From NCBI GenBank assembly GCA_000830295.1, contig CP010425.1, positions 896,001-960,000 of the forward strand: a stretch of 64,000 nucleotides of DNA. Direction: 5' to 3'. The translations under genes were made by a program, and so were the position numbers. Of this stretch, positions 19,498 through 29,902 are shown piece by piece (within the stretch, counting starts at the first letter, position 1; each line of letters begins with the position of its first letter). Source of the stretch: an archaeon GW2011_AR15. Lineage in GTDB: Archaea > Nanobdellota > Nanobdellia > Woesearchaeales > GW2011-AR15. The notes beneath the pieces were generated by a model that saw only the letters and a program-made list of their open reading frames with translations, was not told the DNA's origin and ran no database searches.

Positions 19498-20844
19498 TTA
19501 CGCATCCGAAAGGTTAGTTGACCTCTTTATGAAATAAGCCAGAAGAGGGGGCACAATGAAGGAAGTGAGGAGGGCCATTGCTGAGATTACTGAGTATTCA
19601 GCTGCAGGGAGCACACCATTGGCAAGTCCGATTGAGGCTATTATAAGCGCAACTTCTCCCCTTGGAGCCATGCCTATTCCGACAAGAAGAGACTCATTTG
19701 GGCTTAGCTTTGAAAGCAGCGCCATTCCGCCGCACGCAATCAGCTTTGTGAGGAGGGCCAGGGCAGTAAGTATCAGGATTGGTATAAAAAATGCCACAAC
19801 TGCCTTTACATCAACAAGAAGGCCAAGCGATATAAAGAATATGGGTGTAAAGACAAGCTCCAGGGCAAAAGTCTTTTCTTCAAGTATAGCAAGATTCTTG
19901 CTTTTGTTAAGAATGATGCCTGCGAGGAAAGCGCCGACTATTGCAGACAGGTTTATCACTTCTGCGACATAGGCAAGAAGAAGCATGAATGACAGGGACA
20001 GCAGGAGCCTTTTTGTCCCCATCTCTTTCCTGTCAATATATCCTATAAAATATTTTCCGGTTACGATTGCACCCAGTAGGAATATAGTGGAGATTACAGA
20101 CACCCTTATTAGTGAAGCAACAGCATTTCCCTGGATATCGACAATATTTGTAACCGCTGAAAGCAGGAGAAGGGCGAGGATGTCATCTATAACCGCTGCG
20201 CCTATTATGATTTCAGAAAATTTTTTCTGGAGCAGCTTCATTTCTTTCAGTATCCCCACAGTCACACCAACGCTGGTCGCAGTCAGCGCAGCTCCCACAA
20301 ACATGGAATATCCGAAGCTGCCTCCGCTAAGTACAGCATAGAAATAGCCTGCCACAAAAGGGAAGACAATTCCTGCAAGGGCAGTCAGCAAGTTTTCTTT
20401 TGAAAAGAGCTTTTCTATCTTGCTGTGCAGGCCAACCTTAAACAGCAGCACTATGGCTCCGAGCTGTGCAAACAGGTGGATAACCTCTTCATGATAGAAG
20501 AAGACTGGAGCCTCTGCTGAGATCTGGAAGGGCAGGTTCAGCGAGTGCAGGAAGTCCCAGGTTATATTGAGGAACCCGGGGCCTATAAGAATCCCAAAAA
20601 TCATCAGCACTACTACAGTCTGCTGCCTGAAATAGAACACCGCAACTTCAGCCAGCACTGCCAGGAGCAATAAGAATACAATCTCAAAGTAGATATGCTT
20701 CTCAGGATCCAGGTTTCCAAAAAAAGATGCCCTTATTGTTGCGAATATCAGAAGGAGGAAGAGAAACCCGATAACGAGAGCACCAATCTTATAAACATGC
20801 TCAGTAACATTCTTATTCTTCAACCTCTCCGTTATCCTTCTCAT
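19498..20844 (-). CDS. cation:proton antiporter (CPA2/NapA-like)
   Basis: ALTATSVGVT, GAAVIDD, GAFLAG, PIFF, GMAPRGEV; start moved to ATG 20844. Confidence 0.88.
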   Translation of the reverse strand: MRRITERLKNKNVTEHVYKIGALVIGFLFLLLIFATIRASFFGNLDPEKHIYFEIVFLLLLAVLAEVAVFYFRQQTVVVLMIFGILIGPGFLNITWDFLHSLNLPFQISAEAPVFFYHEEVIHLFAQLGAIVLLFKVGLHSKIEKLFSKENLLTALAGIVFPFVAGYFYAVLSGGSFGYSMFVGAALTATSVGVTVGILKEMKLLQKKFSEIIIGAAVIDDILALLLLSAVTNIVDIQGNAVASLIRVSVISTIFLLGAIVTGKYFIGYIDRKEMGTKRLLLSLSFMLLLAYVAEVINLSAIVGAFLAGIILNKSKNLAILEEKTFALELVFTPIFFISLGLLVDVKAVVAFFIPILILTALALLTKLIACGGMALLSKLSPNESLLVGIGMAPRGEVALIIASIGLANGVLPAAEYSVISAMALLTSFIVPPLLAYFIKRSTNLSDA

Positions 20845-20942
20845 CCAATCAGTGCAATATGAATTATTCTTATATATTTTTCCTCTTTTTTCACAAAATT
20901 TAAAAACAATCCAGATATGGGAAAAAGTAGAGAGGTGCCACA

Positions 20943-21563
20943 ATGGATTTTACGCTTATCTTGATAATTGGTTTAGGGATTGTTTTTGTTATACTTGCAT
21001 TGAAGATTGTAAAGATAGCACTGAAACTTATCGCAGTCTCCCTTATAGTGTTAGTACTCTCTACTGCGGTATTCGGCTATTTCTTCATAAAAGATGCACA
21101 GGACATAGCATCTGACTTTTCAGAAGGGAGGACACTTATACTTTTCACAGAAAGCGGAGACATAGTTGCCGGCCTTACAAAAGAGGATAACGAGACTATT
21201 GTGTTTGAAAGGAGGCAGCTTGATGAATTTGAGGCATATTACCGCAGAGGAGAATATACTGAGATTGCTGAGACTGACAAAAGAGTTTTTTTTATGGAAG
21301 CGGAGGAAGTAGATGAAGAGAACAAGACCGGAATTATCTTTAGCTTCCTGCAGAAGAGAATACCTGCGCTGAATATATCAGCCAGGGTGGCAGAAAAAGT
21401 TCCGGACAGAGCCACAGCCCAGATTATCATAAATATTATCGATAAGATGAGAAGCGACCCTCTTTATATATTCAAGGCCTACAAAGAAAAAAAGCTTTTT
21501 GTCTACCCTGAGACATTTGTCTTCAAGACACTAAGATATCTTACCCGAGGAAAAAAATCATGA
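20943..21563 (+). CDS. hypothetical membrane-anchored protein
   Basis: Two N-terminal TM segments; GAGGTG SD. Confidence 0.7.
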   Translation: MDFTLILIIGLGIVFVILALKIVKIALKLIAVSLIVLVLSTAVFGYFFIKDAQDIASDFSEGRTLILFTESGDIVAGLTKEDNETIVFERRQLDEFEAYYRRGEYTEIAETDKRVFFMEAEEVDEENKTGIIFSFLQKRIPALNISARVAEKVPDRATAQIIINIIDKMRSDPLYIFKAYKEKKLFVYPETFVFKTLRYLTRGKKS

Positions 21564-23956
21564 GGAAACCAGTCTTACTAATTATTTTTTTGTTCCTTAT
21601 CAGCATCTCTGCAGTTTCAGCCGAGGAACTGGCATTTGAAGGCTGGGTGTATAACAACAAATCGCTTAACCTGGACACGACATCATATAAGACGTTCATA
21701 TCAGCAAACAAGAATCTTCTGATTTTATCAAACAAGTCAATAAATCTTGCTCTCAATACCTGCTCTACAGAAGGCGTGACAAAATTCTGCTATAACCTCT
21801 CGGAATATGACTCAGATCTGGGGGAATACAAGGCATATGTATATGCCTACTACAGGCAGCCTGAGATAACCATAACCAGGACAGCAACAAACAACCAGAT
21901 GAACGTGGGGGAAAAGGCAACATTTACTGTAACTATAAAAAACACAGGAGACGTCGATGCAAAGGATGTTATTTTTTCAGAGGATTTTCCCAGCAATATC
22001 GTAATAACAAAAGTGAAAAATGCGGATGCTGCAGGGCGGGCAATCTACTGGAAGGGAAACCTTGCAGCAGGAAAAAGCATGACTTTCGAGTATGATGTAA
22101 CATCTACTGGAATTGTTAATACGTACCTGAAAGCAAGCGTTCTTTATTTCGACGGCTTTGAGGAAAAGGAGGTTTTTTCCACTGAAATAAACCTGAAATC
22201 AGAGCAGGTAATTACTGTGGAGCTTGTGACTGATAAGGAAGAGTATGGGCTTAATGAAGAGATGCTGCTCAACCTCAGCCTCGAAAACAGCGGCGATGAT
22301 GATGTCACGGTCAAATCACTCAGCATACTGGTGCCAACAACCATCCAGGTTACAGATAAAAGCACAATGGAGAAAAGTGAACTTGGACTTGTCTGGTCTG
22401 GAAAACTTGAAGAGAATAAGACTAAGACATTTGGCCTGGGGCTGAAGAGCAACAAAACCGGCCAGTCATTTGTGATTGTTAATCTTGTATATGAATACAA
22501 GGATCAGGAATACAGGATAGAGAATACAAACAAGGAATTTTCTTTGTCTAATGAGGGGGTAGCTCTTACGACATCACTTTCAGACACTGAGACAGTAAAT
22601 TCAGAGCAGGAGCTTTCTATATGGGTCAAGCTATGGAACAAGAACCTCTATTCAAAAATAAAGAATATCGCTTTTTCAGCAGAGACAGAGGTAGCGAGGC
22701 TTGGGACTACATATATTGATTCTGTTGGAGCAAATAATACAGTTCTGCTCCTGAACACAAAAATAAGTGTCCCCAAATCGGATGAAGAGGTTTCTTTCCC
22801 TGTTGCTTTTTATGTAAATTATTCAACCGAAGACGGCCAGGCATATTCAGGCGAGCTGAAGAAAACAATTGTTGTAAAGCCGTTTAAGCAGGTTGCAATA
22901 ACCCCGAGCGTGACGTCAGTTACACTTGAAGAAGGAGAGGCAAAAGCAATCAGCGTAGAGCTTTCAAACCCCTCAGATAAGGACATAGAATTAATCTCAA
23001 TTGAAGCATCTATACCTGATATATTTTCTGTCAAGGGATCTACAGCCGCATCAGCTAGCCTTAACAATGGTGAGAGCATTGAAATTATATCCTTTACAGT
23101 AACTCCTGGAACTGCAGAGAAGGAAGAGAAATATGAGATAGATCTGTTTGTGGATTATACGGTGGAGGGAAGCCAGTACAGCAATGCAGGAGCAATAGAG
23201 ATAACAGTTGTCCCAAAAAAGCCAGAAGTGAAAATTGAAAAATCCTTTGATAAAAGTGAGGTGTATCAGGGAGAGCAGTTTGGCTCAAGCTATATAATAA
23301 CTAATGAGGATGATATATCTATATACAACCTTACTCTTGTTACAACACAGGACTACCGGCTGGATACTTTGTCATTCTTTAGTTATTTTATACCGAAGCT
23401 TGACCCCGGGGAGAAAATAACTTTTGATGCAGACCAGCTGAGGGCAAAAGAGAAAGGCACTTTCAGCATAGCAGAATCCAGGCTTGAATATTATAACAAA
23501 TACAGCAAGAATTTCTCAGAAACTTCAAATTCCCCCGCGCTTACTATTAAGGAAGCCAGGATAACAGGGCCCGTCCTTATGGTAAAAATAACTGCTCCGG
23601 AAAAAATTAACGCAGGAGAATCTTTTGAAGCTGAAATAAAGCTGACGAGTCTAGGGACGGAGGGGGTTTATGCGACTATTGACAACAAAATAGTGGGCAT
23701 AGATGAGGAATATATCATAAAAAAAGAGATGAAGTATGATGAACCCGGCACTTATACGATTGAGAAGGTATTTTTCGACTATGATTATCTTGACGGCAAG
23801 GCAAGGGCATTCTCAAATACTGTGACAGTTAGTGTGATTGCGGATGAGCCGGCAGCAGAGACAGCAGTCTCGGAGCCTCCTGCAGAACCTGAGAAAAAAG
23901 GGATCATCCAGAGCGTTGTAGATTGGTTCAAAAGTCTTTTAGGGATTGAGAGCTGA
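21560..23956 (+). CDS. large secreted DUF11/BatD-like beta-repeat surface protein
   Basis: Signal peptide; repeated VGE..TVTIKNTG-type Ig-like modules. Confidence 0.7.
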   Translation: MRKPVLLIIFLFLISISAVSAEELAFEGWVYNNKSLNLDTTSYKTFISANKNLLILSNKSINLALNTCSTEGVTKFCYNLSEYDSDLGEYKAYVYAYYRQPEITITRTATNNQMNVGEKATFTVTIKNTGDVDAKDVIFSEDFPSNIVITKVKNADAAGRAIYWKGNLAAGKSMTFEYDVTSTGIVNTYLKASVLYFDGFEEKEVFSTEINLKSEQVITVELVTDKEEYGLNEEMLLNLSLENSGDDDVTVKSLSILVPTTIQVTDKSTMEKSELGLVWSGKLEENKTKTFGLGLKSNKTGQSFVIVNLVYEYKDQEYRIENTNKEFSLSNEGVALTTSLSDTETVNSEQELSIWVKLWNKNLYSKIKNIAFSAETEVARLGTTYIDSVGANNTVLLLNTKISVPKSDEEVSFPVAFYVNYSTEDGQAYSGELKKTIVVKPFKQVAITPSVTSVTLEEGEAKAISVELSNPSDKDIELISIEASIPDIFSVKGSTAASASLNNGESIEIISFTVTPGTAEKEEKYEIDLFVDYTVEGSQYSNAGAIEITVVPKKPEVKIEKSFDKSEVYQGEQFGSSYIITNEDDISIYNLTLVTTQDYRLDTLSFFSYFIPKLDPGEKITFDADQLRAKEKGTFSIAESRLEYYNKYSKNFSETSNSPALTIKEARITGPVLMVKITAPEKINAGESFEAEIKLTSLGTEGVYATIDNKIVGIDEEYIIKKEMKYDEPGTYTIEKVFFDYDYLDGKARAFSNTVTVSVIADEPAAETAVSEPPAEPEKKGIIQSVVDWFKSLLGIES

Positions 23957-24008
23957 AGCGCAGCATTGAACAGTAAATTATATAAATCTCGCACAACAAG
24001 ATTCTACT

Positions 24009-24470
24009 ATGGCCGAGATACCCGCACTGGTATGGATTGTTGTTGGAATCTTTGTATCCATATTTTCAGTTATAATTGTATTCAGGAGCGGTGAGCCATT
24101 CTTTATACTGATGATTTTTGCCGGCATCGGCATGCTTGTTTTCGGAGGCATCAAAATTTTCTTAAGGAACAGGAATCAGGAGAGCCTTGTCGATGAGATG
24201 AGAAAAAGACACTCATCAAGAGGGGACAGCGAAGCAGAGATTAACATGGATGACTACAGAAGACAGAGGTCTGGCCAGCACCACCAGCAGGCGCATCAGC
24301 AGACGCAGCAGGCGCAGAGGCAGCAGGCACCTTCTCCAACTCCCAAGTCTCCTCCTCCCCAGCAGCAGAGCAATAGCCCGCCCAAAGGCCAGCAAGGCTT
24401 CTGCTCACAGTGCGGGACACCGCTGCTAAAACAGCATAAATTCTGCCCTATATGCGGCGCAAGAGTATAA
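24009..24470 (+). CDS. membrane protein with Q/P-rich linker and C-terminal zinc ribbon
   Basis: Two TMs; FCSQCG..KFCPICG. Confidence 0.75.
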   Translation: MAEIPALVWIVVGIFVSIFSVIIVFRSGEPFFILMIFAGIGMLVFGGIKIFLRNRNQESLVDEMRKRHSSRGDSEAEINMDDYRRQRSGQHHQQAHQQTQQAQRQQAPSPTPKSPPPQQQSNSPPKGQQGFCSQCGTPLLKQHKFCPICGARV

Positions 24471-24573
24471 GAGGCCCGGCATATGGTTGATAAATATGGT
24501 TGATAATATAGTATCCACTTTGTATCATACTGAAGGCATATCTTTTTAAAACCCTCCGGATTTCAATTAGGGG

Positions 24574-27500
24574 ATGCTGGAGTTCATAAAAAAACCCAAT
24601 ACTGACAGGGAAATTTACAGTATTCTTCATCCTTTTCTGGCAAAATGGTTCAGGGATAAATTCGGGGCTTTCTCAGAGCCGCAGAGATACGGCATCATGC
24701 CTATCCATAACAAAGAAAACACCCTTATTTTTGCCCCTACAGGGACGGGAAAGACGCTTACTGCCTTTACTTCTATAATAAATGAGCTTTCTTTCCTGGC
24801 AGAAAAAAATGAGCTGGAAGACAGGGTCTACTGCGTCTATATCTCTCCGCTGAAAGCGCTTTCAAGAGATATCAGGGTAAACCTTACGGATCCGCTCTCA
24901 GAAATAAAGAAAATAGCAAAAGAGGATAAGAAAAAAATAAACATAAGGGTTGAGGCAAGGACAGGAGATACTAGCACGAGCGCAAAATCAAGGATGCTGA
25001 AGACACCTCCCCATATCCTTATTACAACTCCGGAAAGCTTTGCAATTGTCCTGACATCAAAGAAGTTCAGGGAGCACCTGGCAAAAGTAGATTGGGTGAT
25101 AGTTGATGAGATACATTCCATGGCATCAAGCAAGAGGGGAGTCCATCTCTCGCTTTCCCTTGAAAGATTGCGGAACCTGACAAATTTTACAAGGATAGGG
25201 CTTTCTGCAACAGTAGCCCCGCTAGAAGAGGTCGCCAAATTTCTCGCCGGAAAAGAGGGAGATAGTTTCAGGAAGTGCAAAATAGTCGATGCGCAGTTCA
25301 TAAAAAAGATGGACCTGAAAGTACTTAGCCCTGTTGAAGACATAATAAGGACAAGCCACCAGCAGACACACCAGAGGATGTATGAGATTATTGATGACCT
25401 TGTCCAGAGCCATAAGACTACATTAATATTTACAAACACAAGGTCTGCAACAGAGAGGGTTGTCCATTACCTAAAAGACAAATTCCCCGGGCATTATACA
25501 GAAAACCCCGGGGAAGAGGATTCAAGATCGCTTATAGGGGCGCACCATGGCTCGCTTTCAGCAAGCCACAGGATTAAGATAGAAAACCAGCTGAAAGAAG
25601 GGAAGCTGAAAGCCATTGTCTCTTCAACCTCGCTTGAGCTTGGGATAGATATAGGCTATGTTGACCTCGTTATCCTGCTGGGAAGCCCAAAGTCAGTTGC
25701 AAGGGCGCTCCAGAGAATAGGAAGGAGCGGGCACAAGCTGCACGATACAGCCAAGGGGAGAGTTATAGTGCTGGACAGGGATGACCTTGTGGAATGTGCA
25801 GTGCTCCTGAAATCAGCCATTGAAAAAAAGATAGACAAGATCAGCATCCCAAAAAACTGCCTTGATGTCCTCGCGCAGCAGATATTCGGGATTGCGATTG
25901 AGGATGTATACCACATAGACAAAATCTATGAGACTGTAAAGAGAAGCTACAATTATGAAACCCTGACAAGAAAGGACTTTGATTCTGTAATAGATTACCT
26001 GGCGGGCGAGCATGTTTCCCTTGAAGACAGGAACGTGTATGCAAAAATATGGGTTGACAAGGAAACAGGCAATGTTGGAAGGAGGGGGAAGCTTGCAAGG
26101 ATGATTTACATGACAAATATAGGGACTATACCGGACGAATCGTATATAACAGTAAAGCTCGGGGAAGAGATTGTAGGAAAGCTTGATGAGAATTTCCTTG
26201 AAAAGCTGAAGAGAGGGGATGTCTTTGTCCTTGGCGGAGAGACTTACGAGTTCCTGTATGCGAGAGGCATGTCTGCTGTTGTAAAGACAAGTGCAGGAAG
26301 GCCCCCCACAGTGCCGTCATGGGTTTCAGAGATGCTCCCCCTGAGCTTTGACCTTGCGCTTGAGATACAGAAATTCAGGAGACTCATGGAGGAGCAGCTT
26401 AAGGCAAACAAGAAAAAAAGCGAAATTCTGGATTTTGTTAATGGCTACCTCTATGTTGACAAATACGGGGCCAACTCAATATATGAGTATTTCAGGGAGC
26501 AGTTCCTCTATTCAGAGATACCGAATGACAAGAAAATTGTAGTCGAGCATTTCAAAGAGGAAAACAAGAAGTACATTGTCTTTCATATGCTTTACGGGAG
26601 AAGGGTAAATGATGTCATGAGCAGGGCGCTTGCTTATGCTATCTCAAGGAAGCAGAAGCAGGATGTTGAGATCTCAATCTCTGACAACGGATTCCTGCTG
26701 AGCTATCACGGCAGCCTGCAGGCGCTCCATGCACTTAGGATAATCAAAAGCTCGGATTTGAGGAAGATAATGGAGCTTGCCCTGGAAAAGACAGAAGTGC
26801 TAAAGAGGAGGTTCAGGCACACTGCCTCAAGAGGGCTGATGATACTCAGGAACTACATGGGAAGAAGAAAGACAGTGGGAAGGCAGCAGGTCAGCTCAAT
26901 GCTGCTTCTCAATGCTGTGAAGAGGATATCCAATGATTTCCCTATGCTTAGGGAAGCAAGGAGGGAAGTGCTTGAGGACCTGATGGATATAGATAATGCG
27001 CAATATGTGTTTGAGCAGATAGAAAAGGGGAAAATTAAGGTTGTGGAATCATACAAGGATTTTCCAAGCCCATTCTCCTTCCATCTTGTAATGCAGGGGT
27101 ATTCTGATATATTCAAGATTGAGGATAAGATTGAGTTCCTGAAGAGGATGCATGAAAAAGTTCTGAAAAAAATAGAGAACCCTGAGGAAAAGACAGAGCT
27201 TAACTACCATGAACTCTGGAGGAAGATGGAAGAGGGCAGGGAAAAGGAAAAAGAAGAAGAAAAGGAGGAGCTGAAGAGACTGGCGTGGAATGTTGAAAAA
27301 GCACCCATGTTTGCAAAAGAAGAGATAGTAAAGATGATAGAAGGAGAGGATGTTGAGCAGGGAGTAATTGACAATTTCAAAAAATACAAAGAAGAAATCG
27401 AACTCAATTTTCCGAACAGGCTCAGGAAATTTGTCTTTAAATACATAGAGGCTCATGATTACAACAGTGTGCTGCTGAAGCAGTTTGAGGATGCATACAG

Positions 27501-27681
27501 GAAAGTAAGATTCGATGCAGACATATATTTTGAGGGAAAGGCTGTTATAAACGGGAAAAGGGCATATGTCAGCAAGAAATTCAGGGACTGGCTGGATACA
27601 CTGCTTAAAGGTGCAGTGCCATATGCATGGAAGAATGAAATAATCAAGTTTTTCATGAAGGTAAGAAAAGAGATCGAGTAG
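24574..27681 (+). CDS. lhr: Lhr-family ATP-dependent helicase
   Basis: APTGTGKT, ISPLKAL, RTGDT, ITTPES, DEIH..KRG, HHGSL, SLELGIDIG, QRIGRSGH, DVLAQQ, GTIPD, PSPFS. Confidence 0.92.
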   Translation: MLEFIKKPNTDREIYSILHPFLAKWFRDKFGAFSEPQRYGIMPIHNKENTLIFAPTGTGKTLTAFTSIINELSFLAEKNELEDRVYCVYISPLKALSRDIRVNLTDPLSEIKKIAKEDKKKINIRVEARTGDTSTSAKSRMLKTPPHILITTPESFAIVLTSKKFREHLAKVDWVIVDEIHSMASSKRGVHLSLSLERLRNLTNFTRIGLSATVAPLEEVAKFLAGKEGDSFRKCKIVDAQFIKKMDLKVLSPVEDIIRTSHQQTHQRMYEIIDDLVQSHKTTLIFTNTRSATERVVHYLKDKFPGHYTENPGEEDSRSLIGAHHGSLSASHRIKIENQLKEGKLKAIVSSTSLELGIDIGYVDLVILLGSPKSVARALQRIGRSGHKLHDTAKGRVIVLDRDDLVECAVLLKSAIEKKIDKISIPKNCLDVLAQQIFGIAIEDVYHIDKIYETVKRSYNYETLTRKDFDSVIDYLAGEHVSLEDRNVYAKIWVDKETGNVGRRGKLARMIYMTNIGTIPDESYITVKLGEEIVGKLDENFLEKLKRGDVFVLGGETYEFLYARGMSAVVKTSAGRPPTVPSWVSEMLPLSFDLALEIQKFRRLMEEQLKANKKKSEILDFVNGYLYVDKYGANSIYEYFREQFLYSEIPNDKKIVVEHFKEENKKYIVFHMLYGRRVNDVMSRALAYAISRKQKQDVEISISDNGFLLSYHGSLQALHALRIIKSSDLRKIMELALEKTEVLKRRFRHTASRGLMILRNYMGRRKTVGRQQVSSMLLLNAVKRISNDFPMLREARREVLEDLMDIDNAQYVFEQIEKGKIKVVESYKDFPSPFSFHLVMQGYSDIFKIEDKIEFLKRMHEKVLKKIENPEEKTELNYHELWRKMEEGREKEKEEEKEELKRLAWNVEKAPMFAKEEIVKMIEGEDVEQGVIDNFKKYKEEIELNFPNRLRKFVFKYIEAHDYNSVLLKQFEDAYRKVRFDADIYFEGKAVINGKRAYVSKKFRDWLDTLLKGAVPYAWKNEIIKFFMKVRKEIE

Positions 27682-27741
27682 ACTTATGCTGGACAAGAAA
27701 TCTCGCAAATCTTTATAAAACACCCATGTTTCCCCTATATC

Positions 27742-28422
27742 ATGCATGTTGACACAGCTGACTACAATGGAAATCCGAACATAGGGCTTTTCTGCTATGC
27801 CAATAACAAGTACTGCCTGGTCCCGTCAGATTTTCCGGACAAGCTTTCAGCAAAATTCGAGAAAATCCTGAAAGTGCCGGTTCATAAGATGAGGGCGGCA
27901 GGAACAGACCTGCTTGGCGTGTTTTTTTCAGGGAATGACGATGTTCTTCTGGTGCCCATGATAATGTTTGATTCAGAGCTTGCAGAGTTGCGCAGGCTGA
28001 AAATCAATTACAGGATTATCGAGTCGGAACTCACAGCACTCGGCAATAACCTCATTGTTACAGAAAAAGCCTGCATAGCAAACCCCGACTATACAGAAAG
28101 CATGCTGAAAAATATAGAAAAAGACCTTGGAGTAAAAGCTGTCAGCGGAAAAATATCTAAACTGAATACAGTTGGCTCCCTTGTCAAAATAGGCAGGGGA
28201 AGCTGCCTCGTAACACCGGAGATAGAGCCATTTGAAGAAAAATTCCTGAAGGACAAGCTTAAGATTGCCGTAAAAAAAGGGACAGTAAACTTCGGCTCTC
28301 CATATATAAGCTCAGGAGTAGTATGCAATTCCAACGGGTTCATAATAGGCGAGGCCTCAGGCGGACCTGAGATACAGAATGCTGATGAAGCTCTTGGATT
28401 TATAGATACAGGGGGTGAGTAA
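27742..28422 (+). CDS. eif6: translation initiation factor 6 (aIF6)
   Basis: GNPNIG, GNDD, TALGN, VGSL, GTVNFGS pentein repeats. Confidence 0.88.
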   Translation: MHVDTADYNGNPNIGLFCYANNKYCLVPSDFPDKLSAKFEKILKVPVHKMRAAGTDLLGVFFSGNDDVLLVPMIMFDSELAELRRLKINYRIIESELTALGNNLIVTEKACIANPDYTESMLKNIEKDLGVKAVSGKISKLNTVGSLVKIGRGSCLVTPEIEPFEEKFLKDKLKIAVKKGTVNFGSPYISSGVVCNSNGFIIGEASGGPEIQNADEALGFIDTGGE

Positions 28423-28425
28423 GAT

Positions 28426-29391
28426 ATGTCCGACATAAAGGTTTTTTCAGGAAGCGTGCACAGGGAGTTTGCAGAAGAGATATGCAGGCACCTTAAAATA
28501 TCCCTTTCAGAAGTAATACTGAAAAAATTCCATGACTCTGAAACGTATGTTAAATATCTGGAGAAAGTCAGGGGGGAGGATGTTTTCATAATCCAGCCGA
28601 CATCAAGGCCTGTCAATGAGAGCCTGATGGAGCTGCTTATAATGATAGATGCCCTGAAGAGGTCAAGCGTCAACAGGATAAACATTGTTGTGCCATACTA
28701 TGGATATGCAAGGCAGGACAGGAGGGCATCTGCCAGGGAGCCCATAACTGCAAAGCTTGTCGCAAACCTTCTTACAGCAGCCGGAGCAGACAGGATAGTG
28801 ACTGTTGACCTGCACAGCCCGCAGACAGTAGGATTCTTTGATATAGATGTTGACCATTTTGAGGCATATCCCCTATTCGCGGAATATTTCAGGAAAAAGA
28901 ATCTTAAGGATATTGTTGCAGTTGCCTCAGATTCCGGGTTTGCAAAAAAGACAAGGAAATTCGCCAAGCTTATGGAATGCCCGATGGCGATAATAGACAA
29001 GAGAAGGCAGGTGCACAACAAAGCAGAGATTGTGAATGTCATAGGGGAGGTAAAAGGGAAGATCTGCCTTCTTATTGATGATATGATTGATACAGGCGGG
29101 ACTGTTTCAAAAAGCGCTGATGCACTGATGGAAAAAGGAGCTAAAGAAGTCTATATTGCTGCAACACACGCAGTCTTCAGCGGGGACGCAGTAGAGAAGC
29201 TTGAAAAATGCGGGGCAAAGGAGATTATTGTAACAGATACGGTCCCTATTCCAAAAGAAAAGAGAATATCAAAACTGAAGATACTTTCAGTTGCAGAGCT
29301 CATGGCGCAGGTTATACAGAGGATACATGACCATAAGTCCCTAGGCGAATTATTCTCATGGGAGGAGAAAGTGGATGTCAGGCACAAGTAA
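28426..29391 (+). CDS. prs: ribose-phosphate pyrophosphokinase (class I-like)
   Basis: VRGEDVFIIQ, LMELLIMIDA, PYYGYARQDR, DLHSPQ, IDKRR, DDMIDTGGT. Confidence 0.94.
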   Translation: MSDIKVFSGSVHREFAEEICRHLKISLSEVILKKFHDSETYVKYLEKVRGEDVFIIQPTSRPVNESLMELLIMIDALKRSSVNRINIVVPYYGYARQDRRASAREPITAKLVANLLTAAGADRIVTVDLHSPQTVGFFDIDVDHFEAYPLFAEYFRKKNLKDIVAVASDSGFAKKTRKFAKLMECPMAIIDKRRQVHNKAEIVNVIGEVKGKICLLIDDMIDTGGTVSKSADALMEKGAKEVYIAATHAVFSGDAVEKLEKCGAKEIIVTDTVPIPKEKRISKLKILSVAELMAQVIQRIHDHKSLGELFSWEEKVDVRHK

Positions 29392-29767
29392 GGAAGAATT
29401 ATACACAGAGCTGAAAGCCCTTGACGAGGAAGTAAAGGCCCTCAATTCCCATCTTGAGAGGATAGATGAGCAGCTTTCTGAACTGGGCTCTTCAAAAAGA
29501 GTTGTCAATGAATTCTCAGAGCTGAAAAAGGGAGAAGAGCTGAGGGTCCTGCTGTCATCCGGCATATATGTAAAAGCAGAGCTGGCAGATACAAAAAACC
29601 TCATGGTGAATGTAGGGGCAAATGTATCCGTTGAAAAGACCCCAGAAGAAGTTGCCAAAATCCTCGATTCCCAGCTTGTCGAGCTTTCGGGCTACAGGGA
29701 AAGCCTTGTCGGGCAGATGCGCACAATAATAAAGAGAATTGAAGAGATACAGAAAGAGTTTGAATAA
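29375..29767 (+). CDS. pfdA: prefoldin alpha subunit
   Basis: Coiled coils flanking LSSGIYVKA..VNVGANVSVEK beta hairpins; located before ftsY. Confidence 0.88.
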   Translation: MSGTSKEELYTELKALDEEVKALNSHLERIDEQLSELGSSKRVVNEFSELKKGEELRVLLSSGIYVKAELADTKNLMVNVGANVSVEKTPEEVAKILDSQLVELSGYRESLVGQMRTIIKRIEEIQKEFE

Positions 29768-29842
29768 CGAAAATCCGCTACCAAGTATTCTCAAGCTAAA
29801 CCCCGGAATTTACGACTCTCGTTTAACAGCGGATTCTCGGGC
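29768..29842 (-). ncRNA. candidate small structured RNA
   Basis: 13-bp stem 29768-29780/29827-29839, fully paired only on the minus strand (two G-U pairs); inner UUAAAC/GUUUAG stem; minus-strand TTTATA at 29871-29866. Confidence 0.3.
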
Positions 29843-29902
29843 TAGAAAATTTCTGCAAAATTTTCTATAAATTTATAAGGAATGCATTTCTTCCTGAATT
29901 CT

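Noticed and set aside
29768-29842. SRP RNA or TPP riboswitch next to ftsY
   Set aside because: Lacks the SRP helix-8 CAGG-GNRA-GCAG motif and the TPP conserved core
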